A DNA stretch of 64,000 nucleotides. It comes from an uncultured Sangeribacter sp. Its GTDB lineage: Bacteria > Bacteroidota > Bacteroidia > Bacteroidales > Muribaculaceae. The position numbers were made by a program, and so were the translations under genes. Below the pieces are notes generated by a model. The model did no database searches and had not been told where the DNA came from. It was given only the letters and a program-made list of their open reading frames with translations. The stretch lies in contig CAYSMP010000001.1 in NCBI GenBank assembly GCA_964432215.1, forward strand, positions 2,292 through 66,291. Direction: 5' to 3'. This document shows, piece by piece, positions 50,782 to 60,450 of the stretch. Every line of letters starts with the position of its first letter. The stretch's first letter is position 1.

Positions 50782-51492
50782 TTACAGATTGCTGATGGTG
50801 AAATTGGTGACAGGTGAGCCGTCTTCATGAAGGAATCTCATGCAAAAGTCACTCATACCGGGGCCGTTAATGATAGCGCCTCTTATTATGTTGCGTCCTT
50901 TTTTTAGAGTAAGGCGCTTTGAAGTGCAGTCATCCATTACCATCCTTCGGTCGCCTGATAGTAGAAGTGCCTCTTCGCCGTTGAGCCACCACATAGATGC
51001 AGAGTTGGAACCTACCGACATTCTGATGTCTGGAATATCTTCTTCGCAGTCGATGGCAGTGACAACCCAGAACAATACCCCATAGTATTGCTTCTCAAGT
51101 CCCGTGGCAAATCTGAAAAGTTTCACATTGAAGAGATTGCTATCGAGAGAATGCCATTTCAAAGTTTGTTTCCCTACTTTTACTTTCTGTCCATCCTTTG
51201 GTAATTCGGATGATTGGCCAGGGAAATAATCGGTATTGAATACCTCTCGGAGATAACTATCTGTGAAAACTGTGTTGCTTCTGTTAGGTTTGTCGATTGG
51301 TTCAAGAATTAGCCATCTCCCAATAAAGCCATTGGCGTTAGGTGTGGTTTTATCGGTATCCGTTGAAGAGAAATAAGGTGCCAGATTATCGGTCGTTGGC
51401 CTTTTTGCCAAAGTTAAGGGAGGTGCTGACATGAAGCCGCACAATAGGGTGGCATATACCATTCCCTGAATGATAGTGAGATTTTTTCGCAT
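50782..51492 (-). CDS. Exported beta-sandwich (PA14-like) protein of unknown function in the xylan cluster
   Basis: Signal peptide; GFIGRWLILEP, VGSNSASMWWLNGEE, LKKGRN. No esterase catalytic motif recognisable. Confidence 0.6.
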   Translation of the reverse strand: MRKNLTIIQGMVYATLLCGFMSAPPLTLAKRPTTDNLAPYFSSTDTDKTTPNANGFIGRWLILEPIDKPNRSNTVFTDSYLREVFNTDYFPGQSSELPKDGQKVKVGKQTLKWHSLDSNLFNVKLFRFATGLEKQYYGVLFWVVTAIDCEEDIPDIRMSVGSNSASMWWLNGEEALLLSGDRRMVMDDCTSKRLTLKKGRNIIRGAIINGPGMSDFCMRFLHEDGSPVTNFTISNL

Positions 51493-51552
51493 TTGATGTT
51501 ATTGTTATTAAATTTAAGGTTTTTGAAAGCCTGCTGTCTTTCTTTTGCTTTG

Positions 51553-51560
51553 CAAAGTTA
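51553..51560 (-). promoter_or_regulatory. sigmaA -7 element (TAACTTTG) for the three-gene CAZyme operon
   Basis: Consensus match; a divergent TAATTTTG lies at 51675-51682 on the + strand. Confidence 0.55.
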
Positions 51561-51708
51561 ACAAAAAATCTAACAAGGACATTCTATTTTTGTTAAAATA
51601 GTATTTTTTTATCTAAAAATATAAAAGTTTTTTAAGAACGATTTATATTATTTGTATATATGCGGAATTTTCGCTAATTTTGTAGAAGTTTATACATATT
51701 CAGAAATC

Positions 51709-52572
51709 ATGAAGATACTCATAGCCGACGCAGGCGCCACTAAGACTGATTGGGTGAGACTCTCACTCGACGGCAATTCCGACTTTAAAGTAGAGTCTTA
51801 TTCCGGTATCGGAATAAGTCCCTTGCATCACGATACAGATATGATAGAGGAAGAGCTTCGCCTCGTGCGCGCGGCTCTCGGGGAGTCCTTTGATAAAATT
51901 CGCTTTTTCGGAGCCGGTATAGGAAGTCCTGTAATAGCAGGAAAGATGGAGGCAATCCTTTCTGAAATGTTCTCATGCCGAGACATTAAAGCTGACAGCG
52001 ACATGGCCGGGGCTGCACGGGCTATGCTTGCAGACTCTGCTGGAATAGCTTGTATCATGGGCACCGGTAGTAATTCCTGTCACTATAATGGGACTGAGAT
52101 CGATCGAAAGTCAGCTTCCCTCGGATATCTTCTCGATGATGAAGGTGGAGGAGTGGCATATTGCCGTCGATTGTTGAGTGATGTGTTTAAGAACATTGCA
52201 CCAAATGATATTATTGAGAAATTCAATGACAGATATTCCCTTTCTGTCAGTGAAGTCGTCGACCATCTATATCGGCGGTCTTCACCAAATAGATGGATTG
52301 CCGGTTTTATGCCCTTTATAGTTGAAAACATATCACATCCTTATATTAAGGAGTTGGTTGAAACTCAGACAGAATCTTTTTTTGACCGTGAATTCAAATC
52401 CTATTCTGAGAATGAACTTTGCGTAGAGGGTATAGGTTTTGTTGGATCGGTTGCCGCTGAACTTAGTTCAGCTTTAGAAACTGCTGTCTTGAAGAGGGGT
52501 TGGAAACTTAGAGCAATTGTCAAGAATCCAATAGACTCACTCATCAAACTCTATACTACAAAATCAAAATAG
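51709..52572 (+). CDS. BadF/BadG/BcrA/BcrD-type ATPase (N-acetylglucosamine kinase-like)
   Basis: ILIADAGATKTDW, FFGAG, SDM.GAARA, IMGTGSNS, GYLLDDEGGG. Confidence 0.85.
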   Translation: MKILIADAGATKTDWVRLSLDGNSDFKVESYSGIGISPLHHDTDMIEEELRLVRAALGESFDKIRFFGAGIGSPVIAGKMEAILSEMFSCRDIKADSDMAGAARAMLADSAGIACIMGTGSNSCHYNGTEIDRKSASLGYLLDDEGGGVAYCRRLLSDVFKNIAPNDIIEKFNDRYSLSVSEVVDHLYRRSSPNRWIAGFMPFIVENISHPYIKELVETQTESFFDREFKSYSENELCVEGIGFVGSVAAELSSALETAVLKRGWKLRAIVKNPIDSLIKLYTTKSK

Positions 52573-52583
52573 TCATAAATCTC

Positions 52584-53522
52584 GTGAACACAAAGATAAT
52601 AGTTCTATCGGTAGCTCTTATAGGTGGTTCCATAGGTGTATATGGACAGGAAGTAGCCGATTCAACTCAGCTCATAGAGACGGGTGTCATGTATGTGGAA
52701 CCCCTTTTCGAATATCCCATTGCTCCTGAAGAGATTTTGGACTTTAGGGAAAAATGTAACTGGCTTGCTGAGAATTTCTGGAATTCCCTTGATATTAAGA
52801 CAAAAGATGCGGTAGACCAGACTAAACTCAATCATGCATTCCAAACATATGCCTCAACGCTTCAGTATGCAGATAAGGATCGGGCAACTGCGGCAGTGGA
52901 TAAATTAATGAAAAATCTTCAGAAAAATCCGATGCTTCTATATCAGATTACGAAGGCTGCAGAAGAGACCATATATGGCCCTCGAGCTGAATTTTGGATC
53001 GACGAACTTTATTCGCGTATTCTCAAGTCTGCATTGGATAATAAGAAATTTCCTAAGTCTAAGAGAGCTCGATATGAATTTCAGCTTAAGCAATTGGATG
53101 GTAGCATAGTTGGCAGTACTCCAACTTCTTTCGACTTTATTCGAGCAAATGGCGAGCCGGCAAAATATTTCCCAATGTCGACACCTACAGTTATAATTTT
53201 TGGTGATCCGGATTGCGATGAATGTCGTATGGGTAAACTTCGGATGCAGTCAAATGTTGCATTCAGTAAGGCTGTAGCTGACGGGAAGATCAATGTCATA
53301 TTTATTATTCCCGACCCTGAAGATGGCTGGGAGGGAAAGACTGCAGATTTCCCAAAAAATTGGATAGTAGGAGCATCTGATACTGTTTCTGAAATCTATG
53401 ATATGAGGGAAATGCCCGAGATATATGTGGTAGACTCAAATGGTAAGATAGCTTTTAAGCATATCACTCCTGTGAAAGCCATTGAGTGCGCTTTGTCGCT
53501 TATTAACTCGAATGGCAATTAA
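52584..53522 (+). CDS. DUF5106-like exported protein with C-terminal thioredoxin-like domain
   Basis: Signal peptide, ENFWN, DPDCDEC, YDMREMPEIYVVD. Confidence 0.7.
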   Translation: MNTKIIVLSVALIGGSIGVYGQEVADSTQLIETGVMYVEPLFEYPIAPEEILDFREKCNWLAENFWNSLDIKTKDAVDQTKLNHAFQTYASTLQYADKDRATAAVDKLMKNLQKNPMLLYQITKAAEETIYGPRAEFWIDELYSRILKSALDNKKFPKSKRARYEFQLKQLDGSIVGSTPTSFDFIRANGEPAKYFPMSTPTVIIFGDPDCDECRMGKLRMQSNVAFSKAVADGKINVIFIIPDPEDGWEGKTADFPKNWIVGASDTVSEIYDMREMPEIYVVDSNGKIAFKHITPVKAIECALSLINSNGN

Positions 53523-53543
53523 TGACTTTTACTTATTCAGGCT

Positions 53544-54053
53544 ATGAACAGAAAGAAAGTACTTGGTCTTCCAAAAAAGATATATGTGACGACTACGGGC
53601 TATAGTTATACCCATCTGGGTCGACTGTTCCTGCGTCTTTTCGTCGGCATAATGCTGCTGCAGTTTGGAATCCGACAGATAGGAGATGCATCTGTGTTAG
53701 CAACGACGTTTCCTTCTGTGATGGGCCTAGGCTCTGAAAACTCTCTATGGATTATGATATCAATAGAGATAGTGTGTAGTGTGTTCATAATGGCTGGTTT
53801 TCTTACAAGAATTATGCTCCTACCACCTTTTGTTGCGATGACGACAGCTGCATATTACCTCATTCATGATGTGTCTACGAAGGCTTCTTATCAGTTGAGT
53901 TGGGAACAACCGGCATATCTTCCAGTCATGTTTTTAGGTATTTTCTTTTTTCTTATGCTCGTTGGTCCCGGAAAGATTTCAATAGATTATTTCCTGTCAC
54001 TTCATCTGTTGCATTCCTCTGATCATAGTGAAGAAGAGCTTGAGGAAGTGTGA
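53544..54053 (+). CDS. DoxX family membrane protein
   Basis: LFLRLFVG, EIVCSVFIMAGFLTR, GPGKISIDY. Confidence 0.85.
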   Translation: MNRKKVLGLPKKIYVTTTGYSYTHLGRLFLRLFVGIMLLQFGIRQIGDASVLATTFPSVMGLGSENSLWIMISIEIVCSVFIMAGFLTRIMLLPPFVAMTTAAYYLIHDVSTKASYQLSWEQPAYLPVMFLGIFFFLMLVGPGKISIDYFLSLHLLHSSDHSEEELEEV

Positions 54054-54069
54054 AAAGAGAAATTGCTTT

Positions 54070-55179
54070 ATGGATAAATTAAAGGAAAGTAAGTTGAAGA
54101 TAGCTGTTTTGGTATCTGGAGGTGTAGACAGTGCTGTCACTGTAGACAGACTTTATCGTCAGGGTCATGATCTTCATCTATTCTATATCCGTATTGGAAT
54201 GGATAATGGGGAAGGCGAGTGTACAGCTGAAGAAGACATAGAAATGTGTACTCTTATAGCTAAGAAATATGGTCTTCCTTTTCAGGTCGTCTCCCTTCAT
54301 GAGGAATACTGGGAATATGTCATGCAATATGCTCTGCATACTGTTAAGGAAGGATTGACTCCACATCCTGACATGATGTGCAATAAGATTATCAAGTTTG
54401 GTTTTTTTGAGGATAGATGGGGCCATAAGTTTGATAAGACAGCTACCGGGCATTATGCAAAAGTGATGGAGAAGGATGGATTGTTTTGGCTTGCAACGGC
54501 TCCTGATGCGATTAAAGATCAGACAGATTTTCTTGCGCAGATTTCCTATGAGCAGCTGAGTCATCTCATATTCCCACTTGGCGACATGACAAAGGAGGAA
54601 GTTAGGTTGGCTGCCCATGAAGCTCAGCTTCCAAATGCTTCGAGAAAGGACAGTCAGGGTATATGTTTCCTCGGTAAAATAGACTATAGTGATTTTCTTG
54701 AACGTCAGTTGGGTACTAAAAAGGGTCCTGTGATTGAGATTGAAACCGGAAGAAAGATAGGGGAGCATAAGGGTTATTGGTTTTATACCATAGGGCAGCG
54801 AAAAGGTCTAGGTCTTGGAGGTGGGCCATGGTTCGTTGTGAGGAAAAATATCCGTGACAATGTAGTCTATGTGAGTCATGGATATGACACAAAACTTCAA
54901 TACGGAAAGGAAATTTTTATGGATGAGATGCATTGGATCACCATAAATCCTTTTTCCTCTGAACGCTTTCAAAAAAATACTGAAGGTGGCATTGCTGTTT
55001 CATTCAAGACTCGTCATACTCCAGAATTTTTTAATGGAATTTTACGTATGACATCGGATGCTCGTTTTATATTGGAATCGGAGCGTGATATTCAGGGAAT
55101 TGCTCCAGGGCAATATTGCATAATATATACTCCTGATCATAGCATATGTCTTGGGTCTGGAATGATATCACGTCCATGA
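54070..55179 (+). CDS. mnmA: tRNA 2-thiouridylase MnmA
   Basis: SGGVDS, TPHPDMMCN, ATGHYA, KDQT, DSQGICF, TIGQRKGL, APGQ. Confidence 0.96.
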   Translation: MDKLKESKLKIAVLVSGGVDSAVTVDRLYRQGHDLHLFYIRIGMDNGEGECTAEEDIEMCTLIAKKYGLPFQVVSLHEEYWEYVMQYALHTVKEGLTPHPDMMCNKIIKFGFFEDRWGHKFDKTATGHYAKVMEKDGLFWLATAPDAIKDQTDFLAQISYEQLSHLIFPLGDMTKEEVRLAAHEAQLPNASRKDSQGICFLGKIDYSDFLERQLGTKKGPVIEIETGRKIGEHKGYWFYTIGQRKGLGLGGGPWFVVRKNIRDNVVYVSHGYDTKLQYGKEIFMDEMHWITINPFSSERFQKNTEGGIAVSFKTRHTPEFFNGILRMTSDARFILESERDIQGIAPGQYCIIYTPDHSICLGSGMISRP

Positions 55180-55224
55180 ATTGGGAAGTCTTTCAGAAGT
55201 AAGTTAATCTAATATTATCACACA

Positions 55225-55854
55225 ATGGAAAATGAATTAATACGCCTACGGATAGTTGGAATCACTTACAATCAGATTGAAAATGGCATGTATGCCATGG
55301 TGCTTGAAGAGGAGGAGGGTAATCTTCGTCTTCCTATCATCATTGGCTATAATGAGGCGCAATCGATAGAATGCATGCTTCAAAAGATAAAGACCCCGAG
55401 ACCCTTGACTCATGAGTTCACATCCGAAATCCTTGGTTGCTTCAATATAAATATGGAATCTGTCTTGATAAAGCAGTTGGAAAATGGTATATTTACGGCT
55501 GATGTCACTCTTCGTCAGGGAGACAAGGTATATGTCATTGACGCTCGTTCAAGTGATGCTATCGCACTTGCTATGCGTGAGAATGCTCCTGTGTATACTT
55601 CACGTGAGCTTTTAGAAAGATGTGGTATTGAAAAGGAGTCGATTGCTCCCAGAAATCTTCATAGTTCATCTCGCCAGTCAATTCCTGTAAAGAAAGCTAT
55701 TGAGCGAGTGAAGAATACGGTACTTAATCCGTATGATCAAGAAAGCCTGGAGTCTCTTAAGAAAATGATGGATAAGGCTGTCAAGGAAGAAGATTATGAA
55801 AAAGCAGGGGAAATCAAGTTGGAAATAGAAAGAAGGCAAACAAGTGCTGATTAA
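55225..55854 (+). CDS. Bifunctional nuclease (DUF151) with C-terminal UVR domain
   Basis: LPIIIG..EA, PRPLTHE, DARSSDAIALA, AVKEEDYEKAGEIK. Confidence 0.9.
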   Translation: MENELIRLRIVGITYNQIENGMYAMVLEEEEGNLRLPIIIGYNEAQSIECMLQKIKTPRPLTHEFTSEILGCFNINMESVLIKQLENGIFTADVTLRQGDKVYVIDARSSDAIALAMRENAPVYTSRELLERCGIEKESIAPRNLHSSSRQSIPVKKAIERVKNTVLNPYDQESLESLKKMMDKAVKEEDYEKAGEIKLEIERRQTSAD

Positions 55855-55866
55855 TGTTTTACACTG

Positions 55867-56352
55867 ATGAGTAGGAAAAACGACCGAATCGAAAATCTTA
55901 TCGAGATTATTAAAAATAATAATGTCGGAAGTCAGGAAGAACTGCTTAAGAGGCTTTCCGAAAGAGGTATATTCGTCACGCAAGCAACCCTTTCTCGAGA
56001 TCTAAAAATGTTGAAGACCTCAAAGGTGCCTCTTGACCATGGAGAATATGCTTATATGCTTCCAGACGCATCGACAGCAAGGATTACGTCAGGGGGGAGG
56101 CGAACCGCTGATTTCTCGCGTCACGCCGGAAACGGATTTATATCCCTTGAATTCTCAGCCAACATAGGGATTATGATGACGCGTAATGGCTATGCATCCG
56201 GTATTGCATACGATATAGATATGCTCAATGCCCCTGAGATTGCAGGGACAATTGCTGGTGCAAATACTGTGTTTATTGTTCTTCGTGAAGGAGTAACGCA
56301 TGAAAAGGCTTCTGAAGTTCTCTCAATGATTGTTCCCGTCAATAATTTATAG
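55867..56352 (+). CDS. argR: ArgR family repressor (atypical ligand pocket)
   Basis: SQEEL, TQATLSRDL wHTH; GTIAGANT in place of the canonical GTIAGDDT. Confidence 0.88.
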   Translation: MSRKNDRIENLIEIIKNNNVGSQEELLKRLSERGIFVTQATLSRDLKMLKTSKVPLDHGEYAYMLPDASTARITSGGRRTADFSRHAGNGFISLEFSANIGIMMTRNGYASGIAYDIDMLNAPEIAGTIAGANTVFIVLREGVTHEKASEVLSMIVPVNNL

Positions 56353-56367
56353 TAATATCTTTGTAGT

Positions 56368-57288
56368 ATGATAAGAGTTGGTATAGCAGGGGCAGACACT
56401 TCTATGGCTGGTGAACTGATAAGGATATTAATAAATCATCCTGATGTAGAGTTGTCAAGTGCATTTGCACAGGGAAAAGTCGGTCGTAAAGTTTCGTCGG
56501 TGCATCATGGTCTGGCAGGAGAGTGCGACATTGAGTTTTCCCCAGACATTAATCCTGGAAAACTTGACGTTATCTTCATTGATGCTCACTCAGATGTGGC
56601 AGATCGTTTTAGAATGAATACTGCTCGATGGCCTGATTTGAGGATTATTGACATGTCTCACTGTCCTTCGCTTGATTTTGAAGCTCTTGAGATGGCTTAT
56701 GGATTGCCAGAAATCAACCGAAAGGAACTGGTAAGAGGATGCAGGAGGGCAGTCGTGCCAAGATCAGTGGCAGCGGCAGCGATCATTGGGCTATATCCGC
56801 TTGCTCGTCATCTTCTGCTTAAAGAGGATGTAACAGTTGGGTACTCTTGTCCGCCGGATATTGATACAGACGAAAAAGCTGACATGGCTCGTCAAGAGAT
56901 TCGCCATGTCTTGCATAAAACTCAAAACTCTTTCAATGGCGAGATCATACTGCAACATATTGATGAAGAAGTATCGAATCGAGGGCTCAAAGTTGTTGTG
57001 GAATTGCCATGTACTCTTGACATCAATGAAGTATTCCGTCTGTTTGATGATTGCTATTCCGATCATAATTTCACCTTTATAGTATCTAGTACGATGCCTG
57101 GATATGAAGTGGAAGGAACTCAAAAAACTCTTGTCACTTTACAGAAACTTACTCCGGATCGTCTGACAGTGACTGTAGTTGCCGATTGCCGTATGCGTGG
57201 AGGTGCCGGAGACGCCGTACACATCATGAATCTACTTTTTGGTCTTCATGAACGTACCGGTCTTTATCTCAAGGCCCATAAGTTTTAG
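56368..57288 (+). CDS. ArgC (N-acetyl-gamma-glutamyl-phosphate reductase)-like protein, apparently non-catalytic
   Basis: GELIRILINHPDVEL, IIDMS, YGLPE, MNLLFGL.ERTGL are ArgC-like, but PGC is replaced by PRS. Confidence 0.8.
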   Translation: MIRVGIAGADTSMAGELIRILINHPDVELSSAFAQGKVGRKVSSVHHGLAGECDIEFSPDINPGKLDVIFIDAHSDVADRFRMNTARWPDLRIIDMSHCPSLDFEALEMAYGLPEINRKELVRGCRRAVVPRSVAAAAIIGLYPLARHLLLKEDVTVGYSCPPDIDTDEKADMARQEIRHVLHKTQNSFNGEIILQHIDEEVSNRGLKVVVELPCTLDINEVFRLFDDCYSDHNFTFIVSSTMPGYEVEGTQKTLVTLQKLTPDRLTVTVVADCRMRGGAGDAVHIMNLLFGLHERTGLYLKAHKF

Positions 57289-57321
57289 TCTAATTCTTAT
57301 CTCTAACACCAATACATAAAA

Positions 57322-57639
57322 ATGAGTATTAACAAAGCCATCCTTATAGGGAATGTCGGAGGAGATCCGGATGTGAGATATCCGGAAAAAGATTATCCCG
57401 TTGCTTATTTTTCATTGGCCACCAATGAGCTTCGTGGCAATGCAGAGGTCACTGAATGGCACAATATAGTGATGACTGGTGAGCAGGCCCGCTATGCTGA
57501 GCGTTATATAAGGAAGGGCATGAAACTCTATGTGGAAGGTCCGATTCGTACGCGGCAGTATACGGATAAATACAGTATTGCAAGAAAACGTACAGAGATA
57601 TATGCTCAAATATTTGAGATTCTAAGTCGGCCACAATAA
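57322..57639 (+). CDS. ssb: Single-stranded DNA-binding protein (OB-fold only)
   Basis: NKAILIGNVG.DP, FSLAT, TEWHNIV, KGMKLYVEG.IRTR; no acidic tail. Confidence 0.9.
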   Translation: MSINKAILIGNVGGDPDVRYPEKDYPVAYFSLATNELRGNAEVTEWHNIVMTGEQARYAERYIRKGMKLYVEGPIRTRQYTDKYSIARKRTEIYAQIFEILSRPQ

Positions 57640-57790
57640 GTGAACGTTATTAAAGCCTACTACGAGCGCTTGCTATAGAATCAAGCAAAGTGTGTTTTCT
57701 GGTATTTATCGCGCGTAGTTGTGGTTGCAATTTGAATTTTTTGATGTACTTGATAAGTAAATATTATTAAAACAATTATAGATAGAAACA

Positions 57791-59689
57791 ATGAGGAAAT
57801 GGAGAATCGAGGATTCAAGTGAACTCTACAATATTCAGGGCTGGGGATTGAGTTATTTCAGTATTAACGATGAGGGACATGTTCAGGTGACTCCTAAAGC
57901 GGGTTATGCTCCTGTTGATATACGTAAAGTGCTTGATGAACTTAAGCTACGCGATATATCTGCGCCAATGCTTCTCCGCTTTCCAGACATACTTGATGAT
58001 CGAATCAGGAAAATCACCGGCTGCTTTAAGGCTGCAAGTAAGGAATATGACTTCAAGGGTGAGAGTTATTTGGTCTATCCTATTAAAGTCAACCAGATGC
58101 GACAGGTCGTTGAGGAGATCGTAAGCCACGGAAATAAATATAATATCGGTCTGGAGGCCGGTTCTAAACCTGAATTGCACGCAGTTTTAGCAGTAAATAC
58201 CCATGAAAACTCTCTTGTGGTATGTAATGGATATAAGGATGAAGACTATGTAGAACTCGCGCTTCTTGCTCAGAAAATGGGCCGTAGGATCTATCTCGTT
58301 GTTGAGAAACTCAATGAACTGAAACTTATCCATAAAGTAGCCAAACGCCTCAAAGTGGATCCAAATATTGGTATCCGCATCAAGCTTACTTCTGCAGGTA
58401 GCGGCAAGTGGGAAGAGTCTGGTGGTGATGTAAGTAAGTTCGGTCTGAATTCAAGCGAACTTCTTGACGCACTTGAGTTTCTTGAGAAAAACAAAATGTC
58501 GGATTGCCTTAAGCTGATTCATTTCCACATTGGTAGCCAAATCACAAAGATTCGTCGAATAAAGAATGCGCTTCGTGAAGCGATGCAGTTTTATGTACAG
58601 CTTTCAAAGTCTGGTTTCAATATTGACTTCGTTGATATCGGTGGAGGCCTTGGAGTGGACTACGACGGCACTCGGTCTTCTTCAGGAGAAAACTCTATGA
58701 ACTATTCTATCCAGGAGTATGCTAACGATGCCGTTTCGGCTCTTGTGGATGTCTGTACTAAAAATGGTCTGCGTCAGCCAAATATCATTACAGAATCCGG
58801 ACGTTCGATGACGGCGCATCATTCAGTACTTATAATAGAGACTCTTGAGACCACTCAACTCCCGATTTGGAATGATAACGACGAACTTCCGGAAGGATCT
58901 CACGAGCTGACACGCGAACTATACAACATCTGGGATAAGATTGATTCTTCGCGTGTCTTTGAGGATTGGCACGACGCCCTTCAAATTCGGGAAGAGGCGC
59001 TTGAACTTTTTAGTTTAGGTCTTCTTGACCTTACTACACGTGCCCAGATAGAGAAACTGTTCTGGAGTGTTGCTCGCGATGTGCATGATATAACTAAGAG
59101 TATGAAGCATCCGCCAGAAGAACTCAGGAAGGTTGCACGTATGCTTCCTGAAAAGTATTTCTGTAATTTCTCCCTTTTCCAATCTTTGCCTGATACGTGG
59201 GCGATCGACCAGATGTTTCCTACTATGCCTATTAGCAGATTGGATGAGAAACCTACACGCGAATGTACGATTCAAGATGTAACTTGTGATTCCGACGGTA
59301 AGATTAATCGTTTTGTTGCACCGCAGGGAGTAAGCCATTCTCTTCCGGTGCACCAGTTAAAACAAGGAGATCCTTACTATATAGGCGTCTTTCTTGTAGG
59401 TGCATATCAAGAGATTCTTGGCGACTTACACAACCTCTTTGGAGATACTGCTGCCGTACATATCACATGTGATAAAGATGGTTATGAAATTGAACAAGTT
59501 ATCGATGGCGAACCTGTAGCCGATGTGCTCGACTATGTAGAATACAATCCTAAAAAGCTTGTACGTAATCTGGAGACATGGGTGTCAAAATCAATGAAAG
59601 CCGGGAAGATTACAGCTGAGGAGGGACGACAGTTTCTCAATATCTATAAGTCAGGTCTCTACGGCATCACTTATCTCGAACGATACTGA
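57791..59689 (+). CDS. speA: Biosynthetic arginine decarboxylase
   Basis: YPIKVNQ, GLEAGSKPEL, HFHIGSQ, DIGGGLGVDYDG, TCDSDG, GAYQEILGDLHNLFG. Confidence 0.97.
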   Translation: MRKWRIEDSSELYNIQGWGLSYFSINDEGHVQVTPKAGYAPVDIRKVLDELKLRDISAPMLLRFPDILDDRIRKITGCFKAASKEYDFKGESYLVYPIKVNQMRQVVEEIVSHGNKYNIGLEAGSKPELHAVLAVNTHENSLVVCNGYKDEDYVELALLAQKMGRRIYLVVEKLNELKLIHKVAKRLKVDPNIGIRIKLTSAGSGKWEESGGDVSKFGLNSSELLDALEFLEKNKMSDCLKLIHFHIGSQITKIRRIKNALREAMQFYVQLSKSGFNIDFVDIGGGLGVDYDGTRSSSGENSMNYSIQEYANDAVSALVDVCTKNGLRQPNIITESGRSMTAHHSVLIIETLETTQLPIWNDNDELPEGSHELTRELYNIWDKIDSSRVFEDWHDALQIREEALELFSLGLLDLTTRAQIEKLFWSVARDVHDITKSMKHPPEELRKVARMLPEKYFCNFSLFQSLPDTWAIDQMFPTMPISRLDEKPTRECTIQDVTCDSDGKINRFVAPQGVSHSLPVHQLKQGDPYYIGVFLVGAYQEILGDLHNLFGDTAAVHITCDKDGYEIEQVIDGEPVADVLDYVEYNPKKLVRNLETWVSKSMKAGKITAEEGRQFLNIYKSGLYGITYLERY

Positions 59690-60450
59690 TGGCACGTTTC
59701 TTCCTACGCCTCAGCTACCGTGGTGCTCCATTCCATGGCTGGCAGATCCAGCCCAATGCAGTAAGCGTGCAAGGTGAGATTGAGAAGGCACTCTCCATTA
59801 TACTCCGTGCCCCAATGACAATTGTTGGGGCCGGACGTACTGACACTGGAGTGAATGCACGCGTCATGTATGCACATTTCGATTTCGACAACCCTTTGCC
59901 TGATAAAGGAAGGTTGCTCGTTTCGCTTAATAGGCTTGTAGGACGTGATATCGCTATTCATGACATTATTCCTGTGAGCGATAATGCTCATGCCCGTTTT
60001 GATGCATCCGAACGTACCTACAAATACTTTGTGACCTTTGAAAAGTCTCCGTTTTTTTACGGACTTAGTTGGTATTGTACCAATGATTTGGATATAAATA
60101 AGATGAATGAAGCTGCCTCTCTTCTCCTTGATACGGATGACTTTACTTCTTTCGCAAAGCTCCACAGCGATTCTAAGACCAATATATGTCATGTGTCAAA
60201 AGCTGAATGGAAAATGGAAGGAGATGCAGCAGCTGTTTTCACTATAAGTGCTGATCGTTTCTTAAGAAATATGGTAAGGGCAGTGGTGGGAACACTCGTT
60301 GACGTCGGAAGAGGGAAACTTACGCTCGATGGATTTCGAAAGATTATAGAGAGGAAAAATCGATGTGCTGCTGGCCAGTCGATGCCTGGGGAGGCTCTTT
60401 TTCTTTGGAATGTGAAATATGATTATATTAAAAACGAATATGACGGCTGA
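59689..60450 (+). CDS. truA: tRNA pseudouridine(38-40) synthase
   Basis: [32 protein letters not shown]. Confidence 0.96.
   Translation: MARFFLRLSYRGAPFHGWQIQPNAVSVQGEIEKALSIILRAPMTIVGAGRTDTGVNARVMYAHFDFDNPLPDKGRLLVSLNRLVGRDIAIHDIIPVSDNAHARFDASERTYKYFVTFEKSPFFYGLSWYCTNDLDINKMNEAASLLLDTDDFTSFAKLHSDSKTNICHVSKAEWKMEGDAAAVFTISADRFLRNMVRAVVGTLVDVGRGKLTLDGFRKIIERKNRCAAGQSMPGEALFLWNVKYDYIKNEYDG

Noticed and set aside
50782-51492. Calling this protein an acetylxylan esterase
   Set aside because: No GxSxG, GDSL/SGNH or NodB motif is visible; left as unknown function.
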